Of a stretch of DNA of 64,000 bases, positions 26,740 through 36,112 are shown in pieces (the stretch's first letter is position 1; every line of letters begins with the position of its first letter). The position numbers and the translations under genes are program-made. A model generated the notes under the pieces. It was not told where the DNA came from, made no database searches, and saw nothing but the letters and a program-made list of their open reading frames with translations. This stretch comes from an uncultured Bacilli bacterium (lineage in GTDB: Bacteria > Bacillota_I > Bacilli_A > RF39 > UBA660). Location of the stretch: NCBI GenBank assembly GCA_934120715.1, contig CAKOUW010000004.1, positions 26,781-90,780 of the forward strand, in the 5' to 3' direction.

Positions 26740-27402
26740 TTAATCTAAATATACCTTTTGGTTTTCTTTTAAATAGATTCCATATAAACCTGCTTTTTTA
26801 CATACAAATATTGGTTCTTTTTGAGGTACTGATGGACTTGGTTCTACTTTATCATTATTATTTGTATTATCATCTGTTTTATTGGTATTATTTGTTATCT
26901 TTTTGAATTGGTAGCCATGACTGTTGATAATATTTATACTATCATCTATCCAAAGGCATTCTTCTGGTTTTTTACCATTATCAATTGAATAGTACCCATT
27001 TTTATTTTTGTGCCATCCTGGAGGCGAGAATTTACCTTTTGCGCATTCTATATGACAGTGGTTGCCTGTGGCATTTCCTTTGGTTCCTTCTGAATAAAAT
27101 TCTTCTCCTTTTTTTATTAATTTTCCTATAAATAAATTGCTTACATCATTGGAGTGACAAAACATTATGGTCATATAGTCTTCTGTTCCATCTGGATATA
27201 ATACTTTATCGCTGCTTTCCAGCCACACTTCATTTGCATCAGGCTCATATATTTTCTTTATTGTTCCAGTAAATGGAGCTTTTAAATAACTGATACCTGT
27301 ATCTTTTCCAGCGTCATCTATAGCATAGCTGTCTTTATGTGTCCCTTCTTCATAACCTTGAGTTATTCGCATATTACTACTTGGATAAAGTGGTTTTTCC
27401 AT
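26740..27402 (-). CDS. M23/LytM-like peptidase (putative cell-wall hydrolase), no signal peptide
   Basis: GNATGNHCHIE resembles the M23 HxH block, with upstream THKDSYAIDDAG and MFCHSND. A T/N/D-rich linker is followed by a short C-terminal domain. Confidence 0.4.
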   Translation of the reverse strand: MEKPLYPSSNMRITQGYEEGTHKDSYAIDDAGKDTGISYLKAPFTGTIKKIYEPDANEVWLESSDKVLYPDGTEDYMTIMFCHSNDVSNLFIGKLIKKGEEFYSEGTKGNATGNHCHIECAKGKFSPPGWHKNKNGYYSIDNGKKPEECLWIDDSINIINSHGYQFKKITNNTNKTDDNTNNNDKVEPSPSVPQKEPIFVCKKAGLYGIYLKENQKVYLD

Positions 27403-27739
27403 TATTATCCTCCTTATTTATAATATTTTCTATTGGGATAGATATACTTTTTTTGCTAGCAATTTCACTATATGATGATAGTTTTCCTTCTAGTGTTTTA
27501 TAGATTGTATCAGCTCCTATAAACGAAAATAATCCAATCCATAAACTTGTGGGAAAAGTAATTTCTGTAAAAGTTATACAAAATACAATCCCTATTAATA
27601 TATTAATAATTAGTGAATAATTGGAAAGACAACTGCTACTTGAGAAACAACATTTAGTTTTTTGGATAAATGCACATGTTATAGCACTTAATGCAATTGA
27701 TATTATTAAGGTCTCTTTTAAAAAATTTATTTTTAACAT
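27377..27739 (-). CDS. holin-like small membrane protein
   Basis: 120 aa with three hydrophobic helices and a charged C-terminal tail. Overlaps the downstream M23-like gene by 26 nt. Confidence 0.35.
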   Translation of the reverse strand: MLKINFLKETLIISIALSAITCAFIQKTKCCFSSSSCLSNYSLIINILIGIVFCITFTEITFPTSLWIGLFSFIGADTIYKTLEGKLSSYSEIASKKSISIPIENIINKEDNNGKTTLSK

Positions 27740-27794
27740 ACAAACCTCCTCCCAATATTATATGCATGACGATTAGTTTTGCTATAGAAAAATG

Positions 27795-27834
27795 AAAAAA
27801 TAAAAAGCCTTGAAGTATATAGCTTCAAAGCTTT
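27795..27834 (-). terminator. rho-independent terminator after rpsI
   Basis: Minus strand AAGCTTTGAAG-ctatata-CTTCAAGGCTT followed by TTTTATTTTTT. Confidence 0.7.
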
Positions 27835-27853
27835 GTATGCAAGAATACAATAA

Positions 27854-28279
27854 TTAACGTTTTGAGAATTGTGGAGCACGACGTGCTTTTTTAAGTCCTG
27901 GTTTCTTACGTTCTTTCTTACGTGGATCTCTTGTAATGAATCCTTCTTTCTTTAGAACTTTTCTGAAACTATTTTCAGAATCTTCAGGAGTTGTTGAATC
28001 ATATGCTAATAGTGCTCTTGTAATAGCGTGGCGAATTGCTCCAGTTTGACCAGAGAAACCTCCACCTCTTACTTTAGCATCAACATCAAATAATTCCTTA
28101 GTATTAGTAATCTCTAATGGTTGCATTAAATCCATAATTAATACTTCATATGGAAGATATTCTCTTACGTCTTTACCATTAACTGTTACTTTTCCTTTTC
28201 CAGGAGTTAATGTAACTGTAGCTACACTTGTCTTTCTATGTCCTGTTCCTTTATAAACATTTGTTTTTTCTTTTGCCAT
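27854..28279 (-). CDS. rpsI: 30S ribosomal protein S9
   Basis: [19 protein letters not shown] and C-terminal RRAPQFSKR. Confidence 0.95.
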   Translation of the reverse strand: MAKEKTNVYKGTGHRKTSVATVTLTPGKGKVTVNGKDVREYLPYEVLIMDLMQPLEITNTKELFDVDAKVRGGGFSGQTGAIRHAITRALLAYDSTTPEDSENSFRKVLKKEGFITRDPRKKERKKPGLKKARRAPQFSKR

Positions 28280-28290
28280 AATTGAGCCTC

Positions 28291-28722
28291 CTACTTAACT
28301 TCAAGCTTTTCTGGCTTTTGAGCCTCATGCTTGTGATCTTCTAAAGCGTATACAAATAACTTTTTGTACATCTGTCTTCCTAGTCTGTTATGTGGAAGCA
28401 TACCTTTTACTGCTCTTTCCATCATTTCAACTGGATATTGATCTCTCATTGTTCTTGCATTTCTTTCTCTTAATCCTCCAACATACATTGAATGATTATA
28501 ATACATCTTGTCATCCAACTTATTACCAGTTAAATTAACTTTTTGTGCATTAACAATGATAATATTGTCTCCACAATCAATGTGTGGTGTATATGTTGGC
28601 TTATGTTTACCACGTAAGTATGTAGCAGCTAATGTTGCTACTCTACCTAGTGATTTTCCTTCAGCATCAATAACATACCACTTACGTTCTACTGTTTCTT
28701 TTTTTTGCATATAACTTGTCAT
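28291..28722 (-). CDS. rplM: 50S ribosomal protein L13
   Basis: [18 protein letters not shown]...[12 protein letters not shown]. Confidence 0.95.
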   Translation of the reverse strand: MTSYMQKKETVERKWYVIDAEGKSLGRVATLAATYLRGKHKPTYTPHIDCGDNIIIVNAQKVNLTGNKLDDKMYYNHSMYVGGLRERNARTMRDQYPVEMMERAVKGMLPHNRLGRQMYKKLFVYALEDHKHEAQKPEKLEVK

Positions 28723-28800
28723 ATTTTTACTCTCCTTTTACTTAAATCAGACTTTCCCACGGTCTAATTTATGTGGGGATATTCGAATGTACCGACTATG

Positions 28801-28829
28801 ATTATACTAAATAATGGTATAAAATGCAA
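28801..28829 (-). promoter_or_regulatory. sigma-A promoter of rplM-rpsI
   Basis: Minus strand TTGCAT (28829-28824), 17 nt spacer, TATAAT (28806-28801). Followed by a leader of about 70 nt with CCCAC...GTGGG pairing. Confidence 0.65.
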
Positions 28830-28893
28830 GCTTTTTTCATTGTTTTGTGCAATTGTTCAATAAAATTTTATACTATTACTACCGTATTATACA

Positions 28894-29628
28894 TTAATGA
28901 TATTTTACGTCAGTTAAATATAGTCCTTCAGCTGGGGCTGTTTTACCAGAATTACTTCTATCTTTACTTATCAATATAGTTTTTACTTCTTTTGGCTCTA
29001 TTTTTTCTTCTCCCACTCTAATTAGTATGCCAACCATATTTCTTACTTGGTACCTTAAGAAACCGGTTCCCCTAAAAATAATTGTTAATTTACCTTTGTT
29101 TGATAATATTTTTGCTACAGTGATAGTCCTTATGCAATTTTTTTTGTCCTTGTTTTCGGTTACGAAAGCCCTAAAATCATGAGTACCCTTGAAGTACTTA
29201 ATTGCTTTTTTCATTTTTCCTACATTCAACTTGTGATTATATTGAAAGACATAATTTCGCTCTAAGGGATTGTATTCATTCATATTAATATAATATTTAT
29301 ATTCTTTTGAAACAATATCATATCTTGCATGAAAGTTATCACTAACCTTTTTGACTTCTATAACATGGATATCATTTGGTAGTTTAGTATTCATAGCTCT
29401 TTTTAATTGATTTTCATTTATTTTTACGTTTAAATCGGTATGCATATATTGGCATGTAGCATGAACATTTTTGTCTGTTCTTCCGGTTGCTACTACGGGA
29501 GCTTCTTGATTACTGTTTATACTATATAATGCATCTTCTAGTTCTTTTTGAATTGTTTTTTTGCTTGGTTGTCTTTGAAATCCATAATAATTGCTACCAT
29601 CATATGAAAATTTAATTAAAAAACGCAT
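28894..29628 (-). CDS. truA: tRNA pseudouridine(38-40) synthase
   Basis: YDGSNYYGFQRQ and GRTDKNVHA motifs. Start moved to ATG 29628 (MRFLIKF), which is preceded by aggagga. Confidence 0.9.
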   Translation of the reverse strand: MRFLIKFSYDGSNYYGFQRQPSKKTIQKELEDALYSINSNQEAPVVATGRTDKNVHATCQYMHTDLNVKINENQLKRAMNTKLPNDIHVIEVKKVSDNFHARYDIVSKEYKYYINMNEYNPLERNYVFQYNHKLNVGKMKKAIKYFKGTHDFRAFVTENKDKKNCIRTITVAKILSNKGKLTIIFRGTGFLRYQVRNMVGILIRVGEEKIEPKEVKTILISKDRSNSGKTAPAEGLYLTDVKYH

Positions 29629-29660
29629 ACTTCCTCCTTTTTCCACAATTTCTGTGGAAA

Positions 29661-30452
29661 TTATACATGCTTATAGATATCTTTTATAAGATCTCTTATA
29701 TCTTTATGATACTCTATTCTTACCTTTTTTTCTTTTTTTGCTCTATTAGTAAACTCTACAATATATGGAATTTCTAAGCCATTCTTTTTTAAATAAGACA
29801 CTCTTTCATATATGTCCTTTGTTGGACCATCTAATAGTATTTGACCATTTTTTACAATAATGGCTCTTTTTGTATATTTATATATATAATTACTATTATT
29901 AGTTATTATAATAATTACCTTTTTATATTGATCTTGCATTCTCTCTAAAAGCATAAATATTCTTTTTTGATAGTTTAAATCAAAATAGGTAAATGGCTCG
30001 TCTAATATAATTATATCTGGATTTGTTAATAGTTTAGCAGCTATTTGAACGAGTTTCTTTTCGCAATTTGATAGGGTGATTAAGTTTCTATTTTTGTATG
30101 ATAAATCTAATCCAACTATTTTTAAAGAACTGTTTATTTTTCTTAAATCATCTTTTGTTTCAACATTTTTCGTTCTTATTTCGTATAGTAGATAATCTAA
30201 TATGGTTTCTGTAAACGATGGAAAAGACGGTGATTCCGGAATAACTGTTACTCTTTCATTATATAGAAATTTGTTTGAGTTTGTTATTTGTGTATTTTGA
30301 ATAGATATTTTACCTTTGTAATTAGTAGGTTTTTCAAAAAAAGTAACTAAATCTTTTATATTTTTCCCAGTTATTCCTATTAATTCCTTACTATTTAAAC
30401 TAACATTAAATTTAAAATTTTCGAACTGTATATCATTTAAGGCTAATTCCAT
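29661..30452 (-). CDS. EcfA2-position ABC ATPase-like protein with degenerate Walker A, signature and H-loop
   Basis: GITGKNIKDL replaces GxxGxGKS/T, LSNCEK replaces LSGGQ, and Walker B IIILDEP is kept. The C-terminal GLEIPYIVEF is EcfA-like. Confidence 0.6.
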   Translation of the reverse strand: MELALNDIQFENFKFNVSLNSKELIGITGKNIKDLVTFFEKPTNYKGKISIQNTQITNSNKFLYNERVTVIPESPSFPSFTETILDYLLYEIRTKNVETKDDLRKINSSLKIVGLDLSYKNRNLITLSNCEKKLVQIAAKLLTNPDIIILDEPFTYFDLNYQKRIFMLLERMQDQYKKVIIIITNNSNYIYKYTKRAIIVKNGQILLDGPTKDIYERVSYLKKNGLEIPYIVEFTNRAKKEKKVRIEYHKDIRDLIKDIYKHV

Positions 30453-31234
30453 AACTTATCCACCAGTCTTTCTTGATCTAACTCTAGAGCTGATATTAAA
30501 TCATAGTCACGTAATTTTACTGATAGGTCTAACATAAATGGCAATTCTAGTCCCAGCTTATTCAATATATTATCTTTTTCTAATACATCTAGTGGGGCCC
30601 CCTTTAAGATTATTTTTTCATTATCTATTATATATAAGTAGTCACTATATAAGCTATCTTCAAGGTTAGATATGGTCATAATAATCATTGTCTTTTCTCT
30701 TTTTTTATATTCTAGTAATATATTTATTATTTTTTTTCTATCATTATTAGAGAAATTTTTTAAGATGTCGTCAAGCAAAATTATTTTAACTTTTTTTATC
30801 ATGGCTAAGGCTAATATACACTTAATTTGATCATTAATAGATATTTTATTGAGTTCTTTCTTTAAAATTTTTGTTAGACCTAAGGATTTTAAAATGTTAT
30901 TAGGATTGATATCGTTTTTTCTAATATAGTTTTTATATACTAAATAATTTAATTCATCTTCTAATGTTGGAAAGTTAAATTCTATTCTTTCTGGGATAAT
31001 TGTACACATGATTTTGGTTAACTCACTTTGTTTATAGGTTGCTAGCTCATTAGAAAATAGAAAAACATTATTATTGGTAATATTTATTCCACCTAATACT
31101 TTAATTAGTGTTGTCTTACCACAATTATTTGGACCAGAGATGGTTATAAATGTATTATCTTGAAATGAAATGCTTAAGTTTTTAAAGGCAAATGGTAATG
31201 ATAAGTTAGTTAATTCTAAAATATTGTTTACCAT
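30443..31234 (-). CDS. EcfA1-position ABC ATPase-like protein with intact Walker A but degenerate signature, Walker B Glu and H-loop
   Basis: GPNNCGKTT is intact, ISINDQ replaces LSGGQ, and ILLDD replaces LLDE. The C-terminal LGLELPFMLDL is EcfA-like. Overlaps the next gene by 10 nt. Confidence 0.6.
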   Translation of the reverse strand: MVNNILELTNLSLPFAFKNLSISFQDNTFITISGPNNCGKTTLIKVLGGINITNNNVFLFSNELATYKQSELTKIMCTIIPERIEFNFPTLEDELNYLVYKNYIRKNDINPNNILKSLGLTKILKKELNKISINDQIKCILALAMIKKVKIILLDDILKNFSNNDRKKIINILLEYKKREKTMIIMTISNLEDSLYSDYLYIIDNEKIILKGAPLDVLEKDNILNKLGLELPFMLDLSVKLRDYDLISALELDQERLVDKLWN

Positions 31235-31289
31235 TTTTTACACCTCCAATGTTTTTTATTATATACTATATATATTTAAAAGCCAACAT

Positions 31290-32042
31290 TTAGTTGACTT
31301 TTTTCTTTTGAATTTTATAAGTAATTTTAAGCAACATTTTATCTGATAAAAATCTTCCAAAGAACTTTGCACACTTCATTTTAAAGCCTGGAATAATTAA
31401 CATTTTATCTTCAAACATTTTATCAATAGCATATTTTGCTACATCTTCACTTCTTTGTTGTTTTATATTAAACTTTACTCCAGCAACATTATTGAAATTT
31501 GTTTTAATAGGACCTGGGCACAATACGGAAATGTGAACATTGCTTTTCTTCTTTTTTTGCTCATAATATACGGCTTCAGTCAAATGATAGACATATGATT
31601 TAGTAGCATAATAGGTACACATCAATGGGCCTGGTTGGAATGCTGCAGACGATGCAACATTTAGTATATAACCAAAGTTTTTCTTCTCCATGTCTTTTAA
31701 AAATAATTTAGTTAAGATATGAACTGCTTTGACATTGGTATTTATCATATCTAATTCTTTATTTAAGTCTGTTTCGGTAAAATATCCACAATCACCAAAT
31801 CCCGCATTGTTGATTAAAACGTCAATGTTTTCTTTTTTCGTTAAAGCGTATAGCTCTTTTACCTTTTGCTCAACTGCTAAATCAACTACTATAATCGTTA
31901 CCTTTGTTTTTAATTGTTTTTGAACTTTTTCTAGTTTTTCTTTTTCTCTTGCTACTAGAATTAATTCATGTTTTTGGCTAGCTAAATATTTAGCCATATC
32001 TAGTCCTATTCCGGAAGATGCTCCAGTTATTAATACTTTCAT
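31290..32042 (-). CDS. short-chain dehydrogenase/reductase (SDR) family oxidoreductase
   Basis: TGASSGIG cofactor motif, NNAG, and YxxxK (YYATKSYV). Confidence 0.85.
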   Translation of the reverse strand: MKVLITGASSGIGLDMAKYLASQKHELILVAREKEKLEKVQKQLKTKVTIIVVDLAVEQKVKELYALTKKENIDVLINNAGFGDCGYFTETDLNKELDMINTNVKAVHILTKLFLKDMEKKNFGYILNVASSAAFQPGPLMCTYYATKSYVYHLTEAVYYEQKKKKSNVHISVLCPGPIKTNFNNVAGVKFNIKQQRSEDVAKYAIDKMFEDKMLIIPGFKMKCAKFFGRFLSDKMLLKITYKIQKKKVN

Positions 32043-32053
32043 AGTATCACCTC

Positions 32054-32089
32054 ATTATAATTATACCAAAAAGAGCCATATTTTAGCAA
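32054..32089 (-). promoter_or_regulatory. candidate promoter for the SDR-ecfA-ecfA-truA unit
   Basis: Minus strand TTGCTA, 18 nt spacer, TGgTATAAT (extended -10), immediately downstream of the rplQ terminator. Confidence 0.45.
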
Positions 32090-32111
32090 AAAAAAGACAC
32101 TTTTAAGTGTC
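32088..32111 (-). terminator. rho-independent terminator after rplQ
   Basis: GACACT-taaa-AGTGTC followed by eight T on the minus strand. Confidence 0.7.
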
Positions 32112-32116
32112 AATTT

Positions 32117-32527
32117 TTAGGCTTCTTTTTTCTCAGCTTTCTTTGTAGTCTTCTTTACTTTCTTTTCTTCTTCTGGTTTAGCTTCCTCGACTAACTTTAA
32201 GATAACCATTAATGCGTCATCTCCACGTCTTTCGTCAAGCTTTAAAATTTGAGTATAGCCACCATTACGGTTTTCATAACGTTTTGCTAAATCATTGAAT
32301 ATTTTATCTACTACTTCTTTATCATTATGTAAGAAAGCTAAAGCTTTACGACGTGAAACTAAATCACCTTTTTTACCATAAGTAATCATTTTCTCAACGA
32401 ATTTGCGTACTTCTTTGGCTCTTGTATCAGTAGTAGTAATGCTTTCATTCATGATTGTTTGTTTAGTCATTGTTGCTAGCATACTTCTTCTGTGCTTAGT
32501 TTCTCTTCCTAACTTTCTATATGCCAT
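32117..32527 (-). CDS. rplQ: 50S ribosomal protein L17
   Basis: [17 protein letters not shown], with a Lys/Glu-rich C-terminal tail. Confidence 0.95.
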   Translation of the reverse strand: MAYRKLGRETKHRRSMLATMTKQTIMNESITTTDTRAKEVRKFVEKMITYGKKGDLVSRRKALAFLHNDKEVVDKIFNDLAKRYENRNGGYTQILKLDERRGDDALMVILKLVEEAKPEEEKKVKKTTKKAEKKEA

Positions 32528-32544
32528 ATTCTTTCCTCCTTATT

Positions 32545-33495
32545 TTAGTCGTCATCACGTAAGATTAGACCCATATCTCTAATTTTGTCTAATACTTCTT
32601 TTAGAGATTTTTTACCTAAATTACGTATTTTCATCATATCAGATTCACTTTTATTAACAAGGTCTTGTAGAGTATGTATACCTGCTCTTTTTAAGCAGTT
32701 ATATGCTCTTACAGAGAAATCTAGGTCCTCAATAGATGTTTCTAAGGCTTTTACCTTTGGATCTTCAGTTTTTTCGATCATCATACCACTAACATCTGCA
32801 ATGGCTGATAAATCTGTTAAAATACTAAAATGCTCTATTAGGATACGTGATGCTAAAGCAATAGCTTCCTCTGGTCTTATTGAACCATTTGTCCATACAT
32901 CTAAAATTAATTTATCATAGCTTTCGTCTTGTCCAACACGAGCGTTTCCAACTTCATATGAAACTCTTTCAATTGGTGAATAAAGTGAGTCGATTGCTAT
33001 AACACCGGCTTTTTTAATGTCATGTATCTTTTTATTTTCTTCGCTTTTAACATATCCTCTACCATTGGTAACAGTCATTTCCATATCTAATGTTGCGCCT
33101 TTTGAAAGTGTGGCAATAACTTTATCCTTATTAATTACCTCAATATCTGCATCATGTTCAATATCACCAGCTGTAACTTCTCCTTCTTTTGTTGCGTGAA
33201 TATGTATTGTTTTAGGCTCGTTTGAATGATTCTTTAATACTACACCTTTTAAATTTAATATAATTGTAGTTACATCTTCATAAACACCATCTAATGTTTG
33301 GAATTCGTGAAGTACACCGTCAATTTTAACACTGCTAATTGCACTTCCTGGAAGTGATGATAACATTACTCTTCTTAGTGCATTTCCTATTGTAGTACCA
33401 AAACCTCTTTCTAACGGTTCTAATTCAAATTTTCCATAAAAATTACTTTCTACAGAATCTGTTATTTTATAAATTGGTTTTTCAAATTGTAACAT
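32545..33495 (-). CDS. rpoA: DNA-directed RNA polymerase subunit alpha
   Basis: GTTIGNALRRVMLSSLPG and C-terminal domain LDFSVRAYNCLKRAGI. Confidence 0.95.
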   Translation of the reverse strand: MLQFEKPIYKITDSVESNFYGKFELEPLERGFGTTIGNALRRVMLSSLPGSAISSVKIDGVLHEFQTLDGVYEDVTTIILNLKGVVLKNHSNEPKTIHIHATKEGEVTAGDIEHDADIEVINKDKVIATLSKGATLDMEMTVTNGRGYVKSEENKKIHDIKKAGVIAIDSLYSPIERVSYEVGNARVGQDESYDKLILDVWTNGSIRPEEAIALASRILIEHFSILTDLSAIADVSGMMIEKTEDPKVKALETSIEDLDFSVRAYNCLKRAGIHTLQDLVNKSESDMMKIRNLGKKSLKEVLDKIRDMGLILRDDD

Positions 33496-33538
33496 GAAAC
33501 TAACCTCCCTTTATTTATTTCCACTTAAGATTTATTTT

Positions 33539-33922
33539 CTATCCACGAGGTCGTTTTGGTGGACGACATCCATTATGTGGTATTGGTGTAACATCTGAAA
33601 TTGAAGTTACTTCTAATCCAGCTGTTTGTAATGAACGAATAGCTGTTTCACGTCCTGGTCCTAATCCTTTTACACGAACTTCAACTTTGCGCATTCCCAT
33701 ATCATAGGCTACTTTACCTGCAGCCTCTGCTGCCATTCCTGCTGCAAATGGAGTTGATTTTTTACTTCCTTTAAAACCAATTGCTCCAGATGATGCCCAA
33801 CTAATTACATTTCCTTCACTATCTGTAACTGTAGTAATTGTGTTATTAAATGTTGAATGAATATGAGCAATTCCTTCTGGAACATTCTTTTTTACTTTCT
33901 TCTTTCTAGTCTTATAAGCCAT
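33539..33922 (-). CDS. rpsK: 30S ribosomal protein S11
   Basis: [13 protein letters not shown]...[15 protein letters not shown]. Confidence 0.95.
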   Translation of the reverse strand: MAYKTRKKKVKKNVPEGIAHIHSTFNNTITTVTDSEGNVISWASSGAIGFKGSKKSTPFAAGMAAEAAGKVAYDMGMRKVEVRVKGLGPGRETAIRSLQTAGLEVTSISDVTPIPHNGCRPPKRPRG

Positions 33923-33958
33923 AAGTCTTACCTCCTTTTTTTATATTAAACTAAGTTC

Positions 33959-34327
33959 CTAAACTTTTTTCTTATTTGCTACTGTCTTACCTTTTCCCTT
34001 ACGAGTACGGGCATTACGATTAGTTCTTTGTCCTCTTACAGGTAAACCTTTTTTATGACGTGTTCCTTGGTATGAATTAATTTCCATTTTTGTTTTAATA
34101 TTCATACTAACATCACGACGTAAATCTCCTTCTGTTAGATGCTTATTAATTTCATCACGAATTTTGATTAAATCATCTTGTGATAAATCTTTAGTTTTTG
34201 TTTCTGGATTAATATTTACCTTTTCCAATATTTGTTTTGCAAGACGTCTTCCAATTCCATAAATGTAAGTTAATGATATACAAATATGTTTGTCATTTGG
34301 AATGTCTACACCTTTAATACGTGCCAT
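33959..34327 (-). CDS. rpsM: 30S ribosomal protein S13
   Basis: [13 protein letters not shown]...[17 protein letters not shown]. Confidence 0.95.
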   Translation of the reverse strand: MARIKGVDIPNDKHICISLTYIYGIGRRLAKQILEKVNINPETKTKDLSQDDLIKIRDEINKHLTEGDLRRDVSMNIKTKMEINSYQGTRHKKGLPVRGQRTNRNARTRKGKGKTVANKKKV

Positions 34328-34345
34328 TTAATACACCTCCTATAA

Positions 34346-34459
34346 TTAACCTTGTCTTTGTTTGTGTTTTGGGTTTTCACAAATTACCATTATTTTACCT
34401 TTACGTTTAATGATTTTACATTTTTCGCAAATCTTTTTTACTGATGGTTTTACTTTCAT
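34346..34459 (-). CDS. rpmJ: 50S ribosomal protein L36
   Basis: Not in the ORF track. Hand translation of the minus strand gives [37 protein letters not shown]. Lies between infA and rpsM as expected. Confidence 0.9.
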   Translation of the reverse strand: MKVKPSVKKICEKCKIIKRKGKIMVICENPKHKQRQG

Positions 34460-34473
34460 TAATATCCCTCCTA

Positions 34474-34689
34474 CTATTTACGATAGGTAATACGCCCACG
34501 TGTTAAATCATAAGGCGATAGTTCTATCATTACGGTATCTCCTGCTAAGATGCGAATATAGTTCATTCGTATTTTACCAGAAACGTGGGCTTCCACAATG
34601 TGTCCATTTTCTAGTTGAACCTTGAACTTCCCTCCTGGGATAATTTCTAGAACTTTACCTTCTATTTCAATCGTATCTTCCTTAGCCAT
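34474..34689 (-). CDS. infA: translation initiation factor IF-1
   Basis: 71 aa, [13 protein letters not shown]...[14 protein letters not shown]. Confidence 0.95.
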   Translation of the reverse strand: MAKEDTIEIEGKVLEIIPGGKFKVQLENGHIVEAHVSGKIRMNYIRILAGDTVMIELSPYDLTRGRITYRK

Positions 34690-34693
34690 CTTT

Positions 34694-35440
34694 TCACTCT
34701 CCTGTCAAGATTTTATATCCATCATCAGTTACTACAACTGTGTGTTCAAAGTGGGCTGATGGACGATGATCCAATGTATCGATTGTCCAATCATTATCAT
34801 GAACATAGATACGTGGACTTCCCAATGTTAACATTGGTTCTACAGCAATTACCATCCCTTTTTTTAATCTGGGACCTGTATTTTTTGTTCCATAATTTGG
34901 AACTTCTGGATCTTCATGAACATCTGTTCCAACTCCATGTCCACAAAGCTCTTTTACTACGCCTAAGTTATGTTCTTTTGCATATTGAGAAATTGCGTAT
35001 CCAATATCTCCAATTCTGTTTCCAGGCTTTACTTGTTCTAGTCCGATAAATAGTGATTTTTCAGTATGTTCTAATAAATATTCTACTTCATCACTAACTT
35101 CTCCAACTTTATAAGTCCAAGCAGAATCGCCATGATATCCTTTGTAACAAGCACCTATATCAATTGATACTATGTCACCATTTTTTAGGATCCTTTCACT
35201 TGGAAAGCCATGGACTACTTCGGAATTTACACTTATGCATAGTGCTGTTGGAAAGCCCTCATAACCTTTGAATGAAGGCGTTGCACCTTGTTTGCGAATA
35301 AATTCCTCAGCGAGTCTGTCTAATTCTTTTGTCTTAATTCCTTCTTTTACATAAGGTTTTAAGTATTGATGGGTTTTATATACAATATTACCGGCAATTC
35401 TTAACAGTTCAATTTCATGTTCACTTTTAATAGTTATCAC
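34694..35440 (-). CDS. map: type I methionine aminopeptidase
   Basis: CHGVG..., [15 protein letters not shown] metal-ligand contexts. Confidence 0.9.
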   Translation of the reverse strand: MITIKSEHEIELLRIAGNIVYKTHQYLKPYVKEGIKTKELDRLAEEFIRKQGATPSFKGYEGFPTALCISVNSEVVHGFPSERILKNGDIVSIDIGACYKGYHGDSAWTYKVGEVSDEVEYLLEHTEKSLFIGLEQVKPGNRIGDIGYAISQYAKEHNLGVVKELCGHGVGTDVHEDPEVPNYGTKNTGPRLKKGMVIAVEPMLTLGSPRIYVHDNDWTIDTLDHRPSAHFEHTVVVTDDGYKILTGE

Positions 35441-35453
35441 TTAATCATCTCCA

Positions 35454-36110
35454 TTAATCTTTGCTAATAATCTCATCAACCATTTTGAATACTTCCTCAG
35501 GAGTATTGTTTCCATCAACTTTTTTCAATACACCTTTCTTTTCATAGTATTCAATTATTGGCTTTGTCTTTTCGTTGTACATTTTGTATCTATTCTTAAA
35601 TGCTTCTAGATTATCATCGCTACGTTGGTATAGTTTTGAACCACAGATATCACATACTGAATCTATAGCAGGTGTCATTTCTTTAACATTAATATTAAAG
35701 ATGGCCTTGCAGTTTTCGCATGTTCTTCTGCCTGTAATTCTTTTTTCTAGTGTTTTTTCATCAACATCAATTAGAATTACATTACCAACGTCGTAACCTA
35801 AATTATTTAATATCTTGTCATATTCAATAGCTTGTTCCAAATTTCTTGGAAAGCCATCTATTATATAACCATTTTTACAGTCGTCTTTTTTTAGTCTTTC
35901 CTCAATTAACTGATAAGTAATTTCATCTTTTACAAGATTACCACTAGCAAGTGTTTCATAAACATAATGACCTAACTCACTATCTTCTTTGGCTATATCA
36001 CGTAAAATGTTACCAGTTGATATGTGAGGAATTTTATATTTTTCCACAACGAATTCGGCCTGAGTACCCTTACCGGCTGCCGGTGGGGCTATAAACATAA
36101 TATTCTTCAT
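35454..36110 (-). CDS. adk: adenylate kinase (zinc-lid type)
   Basis: P-loop APPAAGKGTQ. Lid CENC...CDICG. Confidence 0.95.
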   Translation of the reverse strand: MKNIMFIAPPAAGKGTQAEFVVEKYKIPHISTGNILRDIAKEDSELGHYVYETLASGNLVKDEITYQLIEERLKKDDCKNGYIIDGFPRNLEQAIEYDKILNNLGYDVGNVILIDVDEKTLEKRITGRRTCENCKAIFNINVKEMTPAIDSVCDICGSKLYQRSDDNLEAFKNRYKMYNEKTKPIIEYYEKKGVLKKVDGNNTPEEVFKMVDEIISKD

Positions 36111-36112
36111 AA

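Noticed and set aside
26740-27739. Interpreting the holin-like / M23-like pair as part of a prophage
   Set aside because: No other phage-type genes (integrase, repressor, terminase, capsid, tail) occur in the 64 kb, and the flanks are rpsI and a ZIP transporter. It is kept as a stand-alone cassette.
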